A stretch of DNA of 64,000 nucleotides, taken from Felis catus. Taxonomy: Eukaryota. Positions 39,566-53,287 of this stretch are shown here, piece after piece. Position numbers and translations under genes: made by a program. The stretch lies in NCBI RefSeq assembly GCF_018350175.1, contig NC_058368.1, forward strand, positions 148,182,001-148,246,000, written 5' to 3'. The notes under the pieces were generated by a model. The model had not been told where the DNA came from. It searched no databases and saw nothing but the letters and a program-made list of their open reading frames with translations. The stretch's first letter is position 1; each line of letters starts with the position of its first letter.

Positions 39566-42510
39566 GTTGCTTTTGTTGCATCCCAAAAGTTTTGGATTCT
39601 TGTGTTTTCATTTTCATTTCTTTCTTTGTATTTTTAAAATTTATTCTTTAATTTCCTGGATCACCCATGTATTGTTTAGTAGCATGTCATTTAACCTCCA
39701 TATATTTGTCATCTTTCCAAAACTTTGTATGTGGTTGACTTCCAGTTCCATGAGGTGGTCAGAAAAGATGCATGGTGTAATCCCAATATTTCTGTATATG
39801 GCGAGGCCTGATTTGTGACCTAATATGTGATCTATTCTGGACAATGTCCCATGGCATTTGAAAAGAATGTGTATTCTGTTGCTTTAGGATGGCAAATTCT
39901 GAATATATCTGTTAAGTCCCATTGCTTCCTTCCTTCTTTGTTTTCTGTTTAGATCATCTGTCCATTGCTATAGTGGAGTGTTAAAGTCCCCCTACTATTA
40001 TTGTATTATTATCAGTGAGCTCCTTTCTGTTTATTATAAATTATTTTATATATTTAGGGTGCTTCCATGTTGGGAGAAGAGATATTTATCATCAGATCTT
40101 GTTGTGTTGTCCCCTTTCTTATGAAATAAGGCTCTTCTTTATTTCTTGTTACACTGTTTTAAAGTCTAGTTTGTCCAACATAAGTATTGCTAATCTCACA
40201 TCTTTAATGTTCATTTGCATGATAAATGTTTCTTCATCTAGTCAGTATCAATCTGCAGGTGTCTTTAAGTCTAAAAATGTGTCTCTAGTCAGCAGCATGT
40301 AGATAGGTCATGTTTTTTTTATCCATTCTGACACCCTATGTCTTTTGATTGGAGCATTTAGTCTATTTATATTCAAAGTAATTATTGAAAGATAAGTATT
40401 TACTGCCATTTATTACTTATTTTGTCATTATTTCTGGATATTTTCTCTGATCCTTTCTTGCCTTTGTAACTTCTGGTCTGTTTTCCACTCAAAGAGTCCA
40501 CTTAATATTTCTTGCAGTTGGTTTAGTGATCGCAAAATGCTTTAGTTTTTGTTTCTCTGGGAAACTCTTTATCTCTCTTTGTATTCTTAAAGATAGCCTT
40601 GCTGGATAGAGTATTTTTGGATGCAAATTTTTCCCATTCAGTATGTTGAATTGATCATGCCATTCTCTCTGGCTTGTCAAGTTTCTGTTGAGAAATTTCC
40701 AGGTAGCCTTTTGGATCTCCAGATGTAAATTAAGGATTTCTTTTGTCTTGCTGCTTTTAAGATTTTTTTTTTCTTTATCACTATATTTTGCAAATGCAAT
40801 TACACTATGTCTTTTTATTAGCTTGTTTTTGTGATTTTGATGGGGAGTTCTCTGTGACTCCTGCATCTGGGTGTCTGTTTCCTTCCCCAAATTAGGGAAC
40901 TTTTCAGTTATTATTTCCTCAAATAAATTTTCTACTCCCTTTTCTCTTCTTCTAGGACTCCTATAATATGAATGTTAATTATGTTAGATTGACGCACTCA
41001 GTTCTCTAAGTCTCTTCTCATTTTTCATAAATCTTTCTTACTTTTGTTCAGCTTATTTTCCATTATTTTGTCTTTTATGTCACTATTTCATTCCTCTATT
41101 TCTTCCAGTATGATGTTCATTCATCAAGCCTATTTCAAATCTTGTTTATTGTATTCTTTATCTGTGATTGATTCTTTTTACACTTTTTTTTATCTGTATG
41201 GTAAGGGTCTCACTGATGTTTGCTATTCTTTTTTCAAGACCAGTGAGGATTCTTATGATTGTTGCTTTAAATTCACCATCAGGCATGTTACTTATATCTG
41301 CTTCACTTAGATCTCTGGTCCTGGCCTTATCTTGTACCCTCATTTGGGTTAAATTCCTACATCTTGGCATTTGTTTAAGTCTATGCCTTCTCTGTGTTGA
41401 AAGGTCATTTATACCTCCTGCTCTTCAGAGTGATGGCTTTATGAAGAAGAGGTCATGTCATGTCCACAGACTGGTATTCAGGGAGTTTCTCCCATGTATG
41501 CTGCTTGTGTTCTGCTGTCGTGTATTGGCTGTTCTATCATAGAGGCCAGTCGTCTGCAGAGGCTTTCCCTGCCTGCTATGGGTAATGTGTGTTCCATGGC
41601 CTGCATGTGGTAAGTTTTAAATTGGTGTCCTCTGGTCTGCTTGTGAAATGAGACCTGACACCAACTCCAACAGAACTAGGAAACTCCACCTGTAGAACTC
41701 TCTGGTTGGGAGACATGGTATAGGCAGAGGTTTGTGCTGGACTTCTGGGGGAGGGATCCACCACACTGGGACTGAGGTAAGTGTGACTGAGAAAGAGAGT
41801 TAACTGGAGCATGGGGTGGGGGTGGGGCTTGGTATAAGCAATCAGGCAGCTAGTGTTTTTGTTGCACTGCTTCCTGCAGGCAACTCTGTATTTATGTTGA
41901 GGGGCAGGGAAAGGAAATGGTGCAGGCCAGCTCCTTTGTTCCTGGGGAGGTTTTTCCATGAATGCTTCCTCCAGGGACATGCCCTGAGAAGAGGTCATAA
42001 TCTCCCCACTGTGTGCCCCAAGTGCTCTTCAGATCACTATTGCCATGCTCTCTGTTTCTGGGTTGTTTGCCTGCCTGCCTTTTCAGGAACAGCACAGTGT
42101 TCTCAGGGCTCTATCCCAGCCAAGCCTACTGACCTTTAAGACTCTAGGCTTTAAGCCCTGCTGGTTGCAAGAACTCACAAAATTCAGCCCCTCTCAATTT
42201 CCAAGTCAATGGCTTTGGGGAAAAATTCTCCTTGTATGTTCCCCTATGTGCTCCTCTCTCTCCTTCTCTGGTCCTGCATGGCTCCTTCCCTTCTGTACAG
42301 CTGGGATCCATTTTTCCCCTAAACAATGTCTCTGAACTTCCTACCTTCTTTGATGTGGCCTCTTATCTCCCTTTAGTTGTGGAGTTTGTTCTGTCAGTCT
42401 TCAGATTGATTTCTGGGGTATTTAGGATGATTTGATAGTTATCTAGTTGTGTTTGTGGGACAGGGTGAGACTAGGGTCTTCCTACTCTGCCGCCATTTTC
42501 CTGCTCCCTC
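39566..42510 (-). mobile_element. carnivore LINE-1 5' half (5'UTR, ORF1, endonuclease part of ORF2), degenerate
   Basis: 5' end reads gagggagcaggaaaatggcggcagagtaggaagaccc on minus; ORF1 pieces 41158..41370 and 40489..40890 (ILYPARLSLRIQREIKSF); endonuclease motif SRIDHILGHK in 39641..39844. Confidence 0.93.
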
Positions 42511-43178
42511 TGTGTTACCTATATTTAAATTTTTTTGTTTATAGTTTCTGCTTTGCCATTTTTTTTCCCTCAGTGATGTTGGTCTTTTCTTATTGACTTA
42601 TTAGAACTTTTTGTATATTAGAAATATTGATTCTTTGTCTTGCATAAAGCAAAATGATCTCATTCATATATAGTTTTCATGAAATTGGTCTATAACTTTA
42701 ATTTTTCTCTTCCTAATAGATTTGTGTAATCCTGGCAGATTCAATGCAGGCTTTGTAAAATGTCTGTTGCCTTTTACACTGCATATGTATTCTTCATGTG
42801 TATAGTGTTGTGTTCTACGTCTTTAAGTTTGCTTATATCCTGAGGTGCTCCTCAATGATAAGAAGGAATTTATGGACTTAGAATTTTTGGTGAAAAGAGA
42901 ACAACTTTTTGTATTTGTTTTGGTCTTCTGGCGGAGGGGTTTGCCCTGCTTGGAATATGGCAAACTTGGCTGAGAGGGGCAGTCAGAGCACAGGGGTGTG
43001 GAGGTTGGTGTAAGCAAGTTAGGCACCCAGTGTCCTTAAAGGTAACTTTTCATAAGCTGGAAGTTTTAATTTATGTGAAGTATAAATAATCATTTTTTTC
43101 CTGTTTAGTGCTTTTTATATCCTAAGAAAAATTTCCCTACCCTAAGGCAAAGCAGATATTCTTTTTTTTTTTTCCCTC

Positions 43179-43818
43179 TGTCATGAGCACGCTATAAAGG
43201 CACACACAGGAGTTGTGTCTTTCCACAATGCCAGCTTTATTCAATCATAAAGCAAAGTTAATCACAACTATAAAGCAGGTTTAGGATTCCAAACTGAATG
43301 ATATTTCACTATGTAATTAAACTTGGTTTCTTACACAGAACACAGACCAGGACAGAAGACAAACAGCACAACAAACAAGATTAAGAGAATGGTGTACAAA
43401 GTTAATGAACTAAACGCAAAGTCAGTCTGTTGGCCTGGAGTTGAGATAAGGCTTTGGTCTGGTTTGGGTCAGCTCTCGGCACTTACTACTTATGATGTCT
43501 AAGCAGTGAAGGATATCAGTTCTGTTTGGAAATCACTTGGGCAGAGTCTTTGATGGAAGTTGCCTTTTTTAAATGGTCAGACATAGAGAGGTCATGTCTG
43601 AAGAGTCTGACCGTTTGCTGCAAATTCTTCTCCTTTTTGAAGATATTTAATCAGTCTTTGGCCACACAGAACTCCTCTGCTTCTTCTTGTTATTAGTTCT
43701 GGGTTGTCAGCTGATGCCGGTCCTATGATATCTCATAGCTGCAGTACCTTTAACTACTTGTGTCATTGCTTGAAACAGGTTCCTACTTGACATGAGAGAC
43801 CCCATTTTGTTCTCTACA
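43179..43818 (-). mobile_element. solo ERV LTR with 5-bp TSD
   Basis: TG...CA termini, identical ccctc at 43174-43178 and 43819-43823, AATAAA on minus (tttatt near 43237) about 60 bp from the end. Confidence 0.85.
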
Positions 43819-45678
43819 CCCTCAAACTCCATAGTTTTAGCTTTGCATTTTGTTCTATGAAACATCTTAAATGAATCGTTTTCTTCATTTAAAGGTTGGT
43901 GTCAAGGTTCATTTATTTCCATACAAACATCAAGATCCTCTAGTACTTTTATTTCTCCTGTCCAATGCTTCATCACAATTGATAATCCAAAAACCAAATA
44001 TATGATTCTATTTGTTCTTATGCCAATATCACATATCAATTGTAGTTCCTTTATAATATCCTAATGTTAGGTGTTGTTATTGTTACAAATATGCACGTTT
44101 TGAGAATTCTATGTTTTTAGTACTTCATATGACTTTTATAATCAGTTTGCCAATCTGTACAAAGGAAAAATCCTGGGATTTTGAATGGGACTGCATCAAA
44201 TCTATAGATTAATTTGCAGGGAACATCTTACTAAATGAGATGTTTGCAAAAATCAATGTAGTATTTTTCCATTTGGGGGGTTTAGTTAGTTTATTTGGAA
44301 TGTCTTGTAATATTCAATATAGAAGCTTTTCCCATTTCATTAAATTAATTCTTAGGTATTTGGTGCTTGCCAACATTATTGCAAACTGTATTTATCCTTA
44401 ATTTCATTTTCCAATATGTATGTTCCTGATATGTACATATACAATTGATTTCTATGAACTAACCTTATTTTCTATGACTTTGGTAGATTTGTGTGCTAAT
44501 TCTATGGTTTTGTTTTTTATATTCCTTTGGATTTTCCACATAAAGCATCATGATATCTGTGAATATAGATCACTTACCTCTTTGTTTTGAAGATTCATAT
44601 TTCTTATTTTCTTTGTATCATTTTACTGCTAGGATCATCAGTACAATAATGACTGGTGGTGATAAGAGTGGCTATCCTGGCCACTTCTCCTAATTTTAGG
44701 GGAAATACTCAGTATTTCGCTCTCAAGTTTAATAGTATCTGTTTTTCATGAATACCACTCTTTGGATTCAAGGTTCCTTCTATTCGTACTTTGCTGAGAA
44801 TTTCATCATAAATGATTATTGAATGCCATCATATGTTTTGCTCCATATATTTAAATAATCAAATAAATATATTTTAACTGTTAATAAGGTGAATTCCATG
44901 TTTTGATTTCTGAATGTTAGATCATCCTTGCTTTCCCGGGATAAATTCCACATAGTCATGATATCTTATATTTTTTACATAATACTAATACAATTTGTTA
45001 ATATTTTATGAGAATCATTTCATCTATTTTTTTATGAGAGTTGGTGCTCTGTAATCTAATGCCATAATGCCCCATTCCTTCCCAGCCTAGTGGCTAAGAG
45101 CAGTGTCTATTTGTTCTTATAAGTTTATTGATGCCCTTATTAATTTTTGTTTACAGGTTCGAATATGTTCCCGTTTCTTTTATTATCTGAAAAAAAATAC
45201 TGAAAATTGATGTTATTTCTTATTTGAGTATATTGTGGAATTCACCAGTGACTACTTATCTATCTGAGAGTTTGCTATGAGAAATTTTAAATTATGAATT
45301 TGACTGCTTTGATACAAGATTATTCACATTTACTCTTTTGTCCTGTGCTAGTAGTTGCAATTTTTGAGATCAGTGAATTTGTCCATATGTTTGAAGTTTT
45401 CAAATTTATTCGCATGGGGTTGTTTAATGTATCTTGCTATAGGTTTATCAATTTTACTGATCTTTCAAAGAAGTATCACTTGACTTCACTTTTTCAAAAG
45501 TTATTTTTTTCTTTTCTTTTCTTTTTTAATCATTTTTTTCTTGGCCATTATTGGCTTCAATTTTTCACTACTTATTTAGCCTTTTTAGCTGAAAGCATAA
45601 ATTGACTTCATAACTTTTTTAAAACTTTACCAAATTCTGCAATTTTATCTTCATTATTGTTTTGTTCAAAATATTTCC

Positions 45679-45912
45679 AGGGTGCCTGGGTGCCTCAGTC
45701 CATTAAGCATACAGCTATAGATTTGGGTTCAAATCATGATCTCACAGTTCGTGAGTTCGAGCCCCACAGCAGGCTCCTTGCTTGCAGTGTGGAGCCTGCT
45801 TGGGATTCTCTCTCTCTCTCTGTCTCTCTCTCTCTCTCTCTCTTCCCCTCCTCAGCTTGCTCTCTCTCTCTCTAAGTAAATAAATAAAATTTAAAAAGAA
45901 AATTTAAAAAAT
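45679..45912 (+). mobile_element. Can-SINE
   Basis: gggtgcctgggtgcctcagtc head, CT tract, A tail; TSD-like aaat(a/g)tatttcc. Confidence 0.94.
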
Positions 45913-46939
45913 GTATTTCCTAACCCATTGTGAAAGCAAAATGACTTTCTCCTGATTACTGTTTGCGTGAAATATCTTATCTTTTTTTTTTAAACCAGTG
46001 TCTTTGTTTTCACAGCAAAGCTTGCAATTAGCATATAACCAAGAAATATAATTTTATCTAGCCTGAAAAAAATTCTGTTAAATTGACAGTATTTAGCTCA
46101 TTACACTTAATGAAACAACTAATAGGGCTGGGTTCAGTTATTTTATCATGATATTTGTTTCTGTTTGCCTGATTCATTCACTTTTTTTGCTGCTGTTTTT
46201 CCTTTTCTGCCTTCAATTGGATTATTCGAGGATATTTTAGAATTTGATTTTATTTTCTTTACTGGATTTTTGAGATGTACATATATTTTTATTTTAGTGG
46301 TTGATATAGGGATTAAGATATACATCCTTAATTTACCATAGTCTATTTGAATTGATATTTTACTACTATGTGTACAAAGTTAGAAACTTTAAATAGTTAT
46401 ATATGTGTAATTCTTATACAATAATAATAATACTTACATGTTATATAATATTCCACAGAAGTATTTGTTTTCCTTTTAGTATTGTAAAGACAAAATTCCC
46501 TTGCTTTCCAGATCTTACTATTTCTAATTAGAAGTGCTGTAAGTATTTCTGTTGGTCTCCTTAACATGATGAGTATACCCATGCCTGATTTTCTAAAATT
46601 TGTTTGTGATGAGGTACATTTCATTTTCTTTGCACATATCCTACTTGGGTTCCACTAACATTCTAGGATCTTTGGGGTTTTGTTTTTTGTCTAGATTTGG
46701 ACAAGTTTTAGTTGAGTATGTGTGTATGCCTTTTAAGTTAACTTTTCAAGTTTCTCATTCTCAGCAAATATTTATATGCATGCATTTCATACCCTTTAAT
46801 TCTTTACCATATTTATAATAGTTAATTTAAATATCTTGTTTCAAATTCCAATATTTGGGTCATCTGTTCTGCTTCATTTGATTTTTTGTTCTATTGCTTG
46901 TGTTGTACATTTTGTTGGTTCTTTACAGGTCTAATGGTA

Positions 46940-47152
46940 TTTTTTTTTAATGTTTTAATGTTTATTTTATTTCTGAGAGAGACAGAGCACAAGTGGGGTA
47001 CAGGCAGAGAGAAAGACACAAAGAATCTGAAGCAGGCTCCAGGCTCTGAGGTGTCAGCACAGAGCCTGACATGGGTCTTGAAGCCACAAACCACTACATC
47101 ATGACCTGAGCCAAAGTTGGAAGCTTAACTGGCTGAGCCACCCAGGTACCCC
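46940..47152 (-). mobile_element. Can-SINE
   Basis: full body ending gagccacccaggtacccc. Confidence 0.95.
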
Positions 47153-49332
47153 TAATATTATTTTTTTAACTGTATGATACTATTTAGAGACTATGAGTTA
47201 TTTTATATTTAAGATTCTTGAGTTTTGTTCAAAAGACAGTTAAATTACTGGCAGATTACCTTGCTTCTGTGAAAGCTTTAATTCAGTCTGAGTAGATGTC
47301 GTTATTTATAAGACATAGACTTTCTGCAGTTTCAACTTGTATGCAAACTGAATGTCCAGGGTATTCGCCAAGATCTCTCTACTCTGGATCAATCAATATT
47401 TCAACATCTTTGCACTCAGGGATTTGAAGTATTTGTTCACCAGTCAGATCCAGATCCCCCAATAGCTATTCTTTGTTAGGACTTAGAGCGGTTTACCCTG
47501 ATCATGTGCTGCATAAGATTCTTCAGTTATCCACATTGCTAGTACTTCCTGGCAATCATCTCTCCTCCATTTCTCTATTCTTCAAATTTCAGTCTTCTAT
47601 GCCATTCTAACATTCAATCTCTTTTCCTCTACTGAGAATATCACTCTCTGTTTCAACTCTATTTACACACAAAGTTTTGGATATTTTCTCAAGCTAGAAG
47701 CTGGGGTAATTATAAGTGATTGTTTTATGCGTCCTTGTCCTCAAAGATCACATCTCGGTGTGAAAACACTTCATATATATACAATTTTTCAAAATTTTCA
47801 TTTCCTTATTGCAGGAAAAAATTCCAATTCCAAATTATCCAGAATAGCTGGGATCAAAAATAATCATCATAATTTTGTCTTAAATAACTTAAAACCAGCA
47901 TGAAGCAACTATTTATTTTGAAAAAGTGTATTAATCATTTCTATTTAACAGCATCGAATCACTCTAAAATATTATATATTTGAAATAGTAAGAGCAGGTC
48001 CAAATATTTAGCTCTGTGAAAAATGTAACTCACACTTACCGCTCTGTATATATTTTCTCAAGTTCAAAAAAATAAGCTCATGATCTCTATTAATGGTATA
48101 ATAATGCATGTAAGACTCCATGCTTATGTCCCTCCTTCTCTTATCTCCAGATACTCACGTATATTTAATGTATTTCTTTGCGTATGCATATACCTTTGAA
48201 ATATATGGTTGCACATCCCCAGATGCTTTAGTATGCCTAATATATTCCCTTATGTATGTACATCTCCTTGAAGGGCATAAAATATTACTTATAAATATTA
48301 AAGACCTGCTATTAATGTTTAAAATATTCACCTTTATAACTCAAACTGATAATTACTCTTAAGAGACTCTGACAATTAGCATTAACATCCTTTTCCTGTG
48401 TAGAGTTTTCTAATGACAAATTATTTTTAGTGATTGAAAACCACATAAATAACGTAAATTATTTATATGAGCTGTCATAATTTTGTTTATATTAGCAATA
48501 TTAATACAAAAATGTATGAATTGCTTTAAACATGCTAAGTTAAACAGTTTGGTTTTGCCATATAGAAACTTGATGTTGAAGTCGGAATACAAACCTTATT
48601 TTAATTATATTAGAGATAAAGTGGATTTAATTTTTTTCATTAAGATTTTAAAAAGGAATTAATATTTTAGAAAGACATCTTGCATTTTTTTTTGGAAATT
48701 TGGATTATGAGTTTAGGTACTCTTAAATATGTTCATTTTCTTAATCAAACATATTTTGTTTTATGTTAGCTTAATTAAAAATTCATATGCATGTGTCCCC
48801 AAATAATTTCACAAAAATAGGTATTTTTTCCAGTGAGAAATAAATTTTTTTCCTTCCAAGTATACCAATAAGTGATGAACTTTGTCATCATTCAAAAATA
48901 TATCATATTTCCTTAGCTGCTTGACAGTATTTTTCTCAAGTATGATACATAATACCAGATAATGGTGATAGAGTAACATTAAAACAGTATCAAACACCAA
49001 ACATCAAATATGTCTGTCTGGAATGTGGTACCATATTTCTGCTCCAATGCATTACTATCATTGATAATAATAGAATTATGTGTTTATAATGGTGTGTAAT
49101 ATAGTTGAAACTCCGTTGAGAAATATGGGTGTTATCATAAGCTATAAATCATATAAAAGCCAGAATATAGGGAAGGAAAACGGATCAGTACCAAGGATGG
49201 AGAATCACAATAACTTGTGAAAATTATTTTTAAGATAGAGACAAAAATGCAATCTTCTCCCTTCCCATTTCTTCTCTCTATCCTTAGTGATCTTATCCAC
49301 TTCCTTTCTGGCACATAAGAAAGGACTATATA

Positions 49333-49541
49333 GGGGCGCCTGGGTGGCTCAGTCGGCTAAGCGTCCGACTTCAGCTCAGGTCACGATCTCCCAGTTCGTG
49401 GGTTCGAGCCCTGCGTCGGGCTCTGTGCTGACAGCTCAGAACCTGGAGCCTGTTTCAGATTCTGTGTCTCCCTCTCTCTCTGACCCGCCCCCGTTCATGC
49501 TCTCTCTCCGTCTCAAAAATAAATAAACGTTAAAAAAAAAA
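49333..49541 (+). mobile_element. Can-SINE (fairly young)
   Basis: ggggcgcctgggtggctcagtcgg head, CpGs retained, A tail; TSD-like aagaaag. Confidence 0.96.
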
Positions 49542-50525
49542 GAAAGTATATAATCACAGTGTTCTCATTTAATCCTGAAATGTTACAGTTTAATAGAGTA
49601 TCATGAATTATATTATTATGGTATAAATAATAGAGGCATTGCTTAGATATTGTTTAGATAGTAGAGGCAATATTTTAGACATTGTGAGTTGAAGGATACA
49701 TCATTTTCTAAATTATAAAATGGATAAATAGGTAACTGTGCAAAAGGATAAGGGATATAATCATTATCACTACAGTGAATTATAGCAGAGTAAATTTGCA
49801 ACTATAAAATATTATAAAAATGCTCACAGAGCAGTACACACTGTTTATAAATACTAGTATCTAAAATCACGTCATGAATTTTAAGTAAAGAATTAGTATT
49901 TGTTTCTGTCATCACAGTTTTCCATAAAGGGGCACAATTTCATTTTCATATTCCTTTTCATTTCACTGGTACATTATTTCCCTTGCCCTTCTCTTCCAAA
50001 TACACATACATTTCCATTTCTCCCCATACCTGTAATAGCAACTTAATCTCAAAGTTGACCCTAACTTGATCCACTAGCTTGCTTCATATTCTTCCATATA
50101 GGCATATGATATTAGTAAGGGGGGAAACAGCATCATAGGAATGAGAGATTTTATCCATTATGGAAACCACTCCTCTATTTTTTTTCAAATGCCCCCAAAG
50201 AGATACTATTTCCCCAGCCATATTTCCTTCTACCTTCCATTTGTACAACTATTGGCTATTTCTCACAAGTAACATTGAGTATTTACAATCAACTTTTATG
50301 TCATTGTGCTTCCCCAAAACTCCAACCACTTGCTGCTCTTCTTTTTCTTAACTATATCCTGAAGTTTCTTGTGCTACTAAAATCTGAATTTTTAACACCA
50401 GGTCTCTAATATCATTTTGTCACAATATGTCAGCCAATGTAAGTTATAAATTTTCTCAATAGCATCGCATGGATGGCAAGGGAAGGGGTTGAGACAAAAC
50501 ACCATGTATTACCAAAAGAACAGGA

Positions 50526-50527
50526 AT

Positions 50528-50570
<43 letters not shown>

Positions 50571-50571
50571 T
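50526..50571 (+). repeat. (AAC)n
   Basis: direct reading. Confidence 0.97.
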
Positions 50572-50927
50572 ATTAAAATAACTCACTCAAAATAGGAAGG
50601 GGTGAGAGTTCTTACTGGCTGGATGGATTGCAGCAGGTACTTGAAAGCTTACTGCCTGAGAATATCCAATTAATATGTTGTACTAGTTTTCACTGTTAAC
50701 ACTTGAAATCAGCTATCAGAGGATGGGAAAACTATGAACTAGCAGGATACTCTAAAAGCATATACTTTTAGAACAATATTAAAAAAAAGTTCCATAATCA
50801 ACTGGCATTGGTATAGTACATTGGATGATTTAGGTATACTTAAGCCCAACTAAGAATTAATGGATATCTTCATACTTTTGAACATAACCAAAGAAACTCT
50901 AAAAGAATGCATTATGATGTCTATGGA

Positions 50928-51142
50928 GATAACATAGCACAGTTGGTAAGAGTAAGAACTCAGGGTCACACTATCTGTGAAAACTGACTCCTTTCCTCCT
51001 TATCTGTGATACTTTGGGCAAGTTTATCTTGTTTGTCATTTTCTCTTCTTAGTGTTACCCACCTCACAGAATTACTTCCAGATTGGTTAATTGTCAAATG
51101 CTTGAAAAAGCATTTTGCACATACTAAATACTATAAGTGTTT
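50928..51142 (+). mobile_element. MIR
   Basis: catagcacagttggtaagagt head, ctgtgatactttgggcaagtt core, cccacctcacag, actaaatactataagtgtt end. Confidence 0.7.
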
Positions 51143-52311
51143 GCAAATTACAGGAGAATAAGTTTTATCTCATCACTTATTTTAAACAATGTAACGTACT
51201 GTAAATTGATGGCTCATTTGCTGACCCTCTCTGACATAACTAAATCGGGCACCTAGTCATGACTTGACACCACTAAAATTCCTGTTTTTAATGGCATAAC
51301 ACAAGTTTATTTGCAAACACACTTCAGTGAGTTTTCACCTCAGTGCTCTTCACTGAAAATTTTTCATGGGATAGAAGACCTTGGAGACAAAAATCCCCAA
51401 TCTGATCACCTATCTAGTTAGCAAGTCTAGTTCATTTATTATAAACTCACATGGATGGAAATTATAGCTACAAAAGTGACAAAGAGGGATATTATGTACT
51501 GCCACTTACCTGAAGCTTGTGGGCTAAATGGGCTACAATTCTGATTCATGAGAGAAATTTTAAGAGAACAGTCTCTGTAAATGAAAAATATGTCAAAATC
51601 TTTTTCCACTTATGACATGTCATTCAGAGGATAAACAGCCCATGGTGTATTAATTTTTGATGATTGTAACATAGGTGTTTGTTCACCAAACTGGCATTTA
51701 ATGCCCATTAGAGGTGATAGATTAATGGCTCTGGAACATAACATAATCTGTATATTCATGGAAGAGGTAATGAAGCTAATGGCTTTCATCTATTCTATAT
51801 AATACATCTCATGTACAAGTATCCCTGAGATTTTTAGGTACTGCATTACATCTTATTTTCTTGATTTACTGATCTTTAGAAAAAATATTTTGTTTTCCTT
51901 TTCTTTTTTATTTTTATCAACAGTTGATACCAAAAACATTTCCAAGTAATTACTACTTATAACTATTTCTCCTTTTGCCAAAATACACCCAACAATTACT
52001 TATGAAATGTTTATTAAATAAAGCCTATGTGTTAAATACATTAATGACATTTCTTCCTTAGTTTGGTAATGGAATTTTATCCAATCTAAGTGGCCATTGG
52101 TTGTGATTCATACCATTTTTGTATATACCATTCTGAATGGAGGGGACAAATACTATTCATTAAACCAAAATGGGCTATCAATGCAGAACATGTCCAAAGT
52201 TTTAAATCTCTTACATAATAAAAGGTGAAAATATTTGAATTGCAAAATTGGTAAAACATTTGGTTCTTTAGGATCATAGTATAAAATGATTATCTTAGAA
52301 GTATGTTTTCC

Positions 52312-52401
52312 CCCAGCTTCTTTGAGAGATCATTGATATATAGCATTGTATAAGTTTTTTTTTCTTTTTTTTTTTTCTTTTGAGAGAGCATGTATGGGAG
52401 G

Positions 52402-52451
<50 letters not shown>

Positions 52452-53287
52452 CTGAACTGAAGCATAGAGTCCAAGGGGGGGGCAGTCTTGACAAGGGGTT
52501 CAATTTCATGTTTTGTGAGATCATGACCTGGGCTGAAATCAAGAGTTGAGTGCTTAACCAAGTGAGCCACCCCAATGCCCCAATATTGTGTAAGTTCAAA
52601 GTGTAGCATTGTTGATCTACCTATAAATTATAAAATAATTACCACCATAGCTTTAACTAACACCTCCATCTTGTGATATGATTATCATTTCTTTTTTTGT
52701 GATGAGAACATATAAAATCTACTCTTATCAACTTCAAGTGTGTATTATTAACTATAATGACCATAGTGTACATTAGATCTCCTTAACTTAATCAATTTAT
52801 AACTGGAAGTTTATATCCTTTGACCAACATCTCCCATTTCCCTCAAGCCCCAGCCCCTGGAAACCATCATTCTAGTCTCTGTTTCTTTGAGTTTGGTTTT
52901 TCAAGATTCTATGTAAAGATATAAGTGATATCTTACAATATGTATCTTTCTTTACCTGACTTACTTCACTTACTATAATGCCCTCAAGTTTCATCCATGT
53001 TGTCAAAAATGGTTCAATTTCCTTCTTTCTGATGGCTAAATTATATATATAATCATGTATGTATTATAGTATATATAGTATATAACATATATAGATAATA
53101 TATCTTATATACATCGTATATGTCTTTATCCATTCATCCTTGATGGATTCTCTCAGGTTGTTTCCATGAATTGGCTATTATGAATAATGATGCAATGAAC
53201 ATGAGAGTACACATATATCTTCAATGTCCTATTTTTCATTTCCTTTGGATATGTACACAGAAGTGGGATTGCTGGATGATATAGAAT
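52312..53287 (-). mobile_element. LINE-1 3' end (L1MA9-like)
   Basis: cttcatttgagagatca-like 3' end, aactggaagtttatatcctttgaccaacatctccc, agaagtgggattgctggat. Confidence 0.85.
52355..52581 (-). mobile_element. Can-SINE nested in L1
   Basis: long (GA)n; TSD attgt(a/g)taagtt. Confidence 0.93.

Larger units (their letters stand above)
42540..47850 (-). mobile_element. old L1ME-like remnant hosting an LTR and SINEs
   Basis: antisense ORF2-like DNA (ctgggattttgaatgggactgcatcaaatctatagattaatttg; caattgatttct; gataagagtggctatcc); T-rich; heavily diverged. Confidence 0.7.

Noticed and set aside
41168..42435. Dense ORF cluster up to 140 aa
   Set aside because: Chance frames in the GC-richer L1 5'UTR and antisense ORF1.
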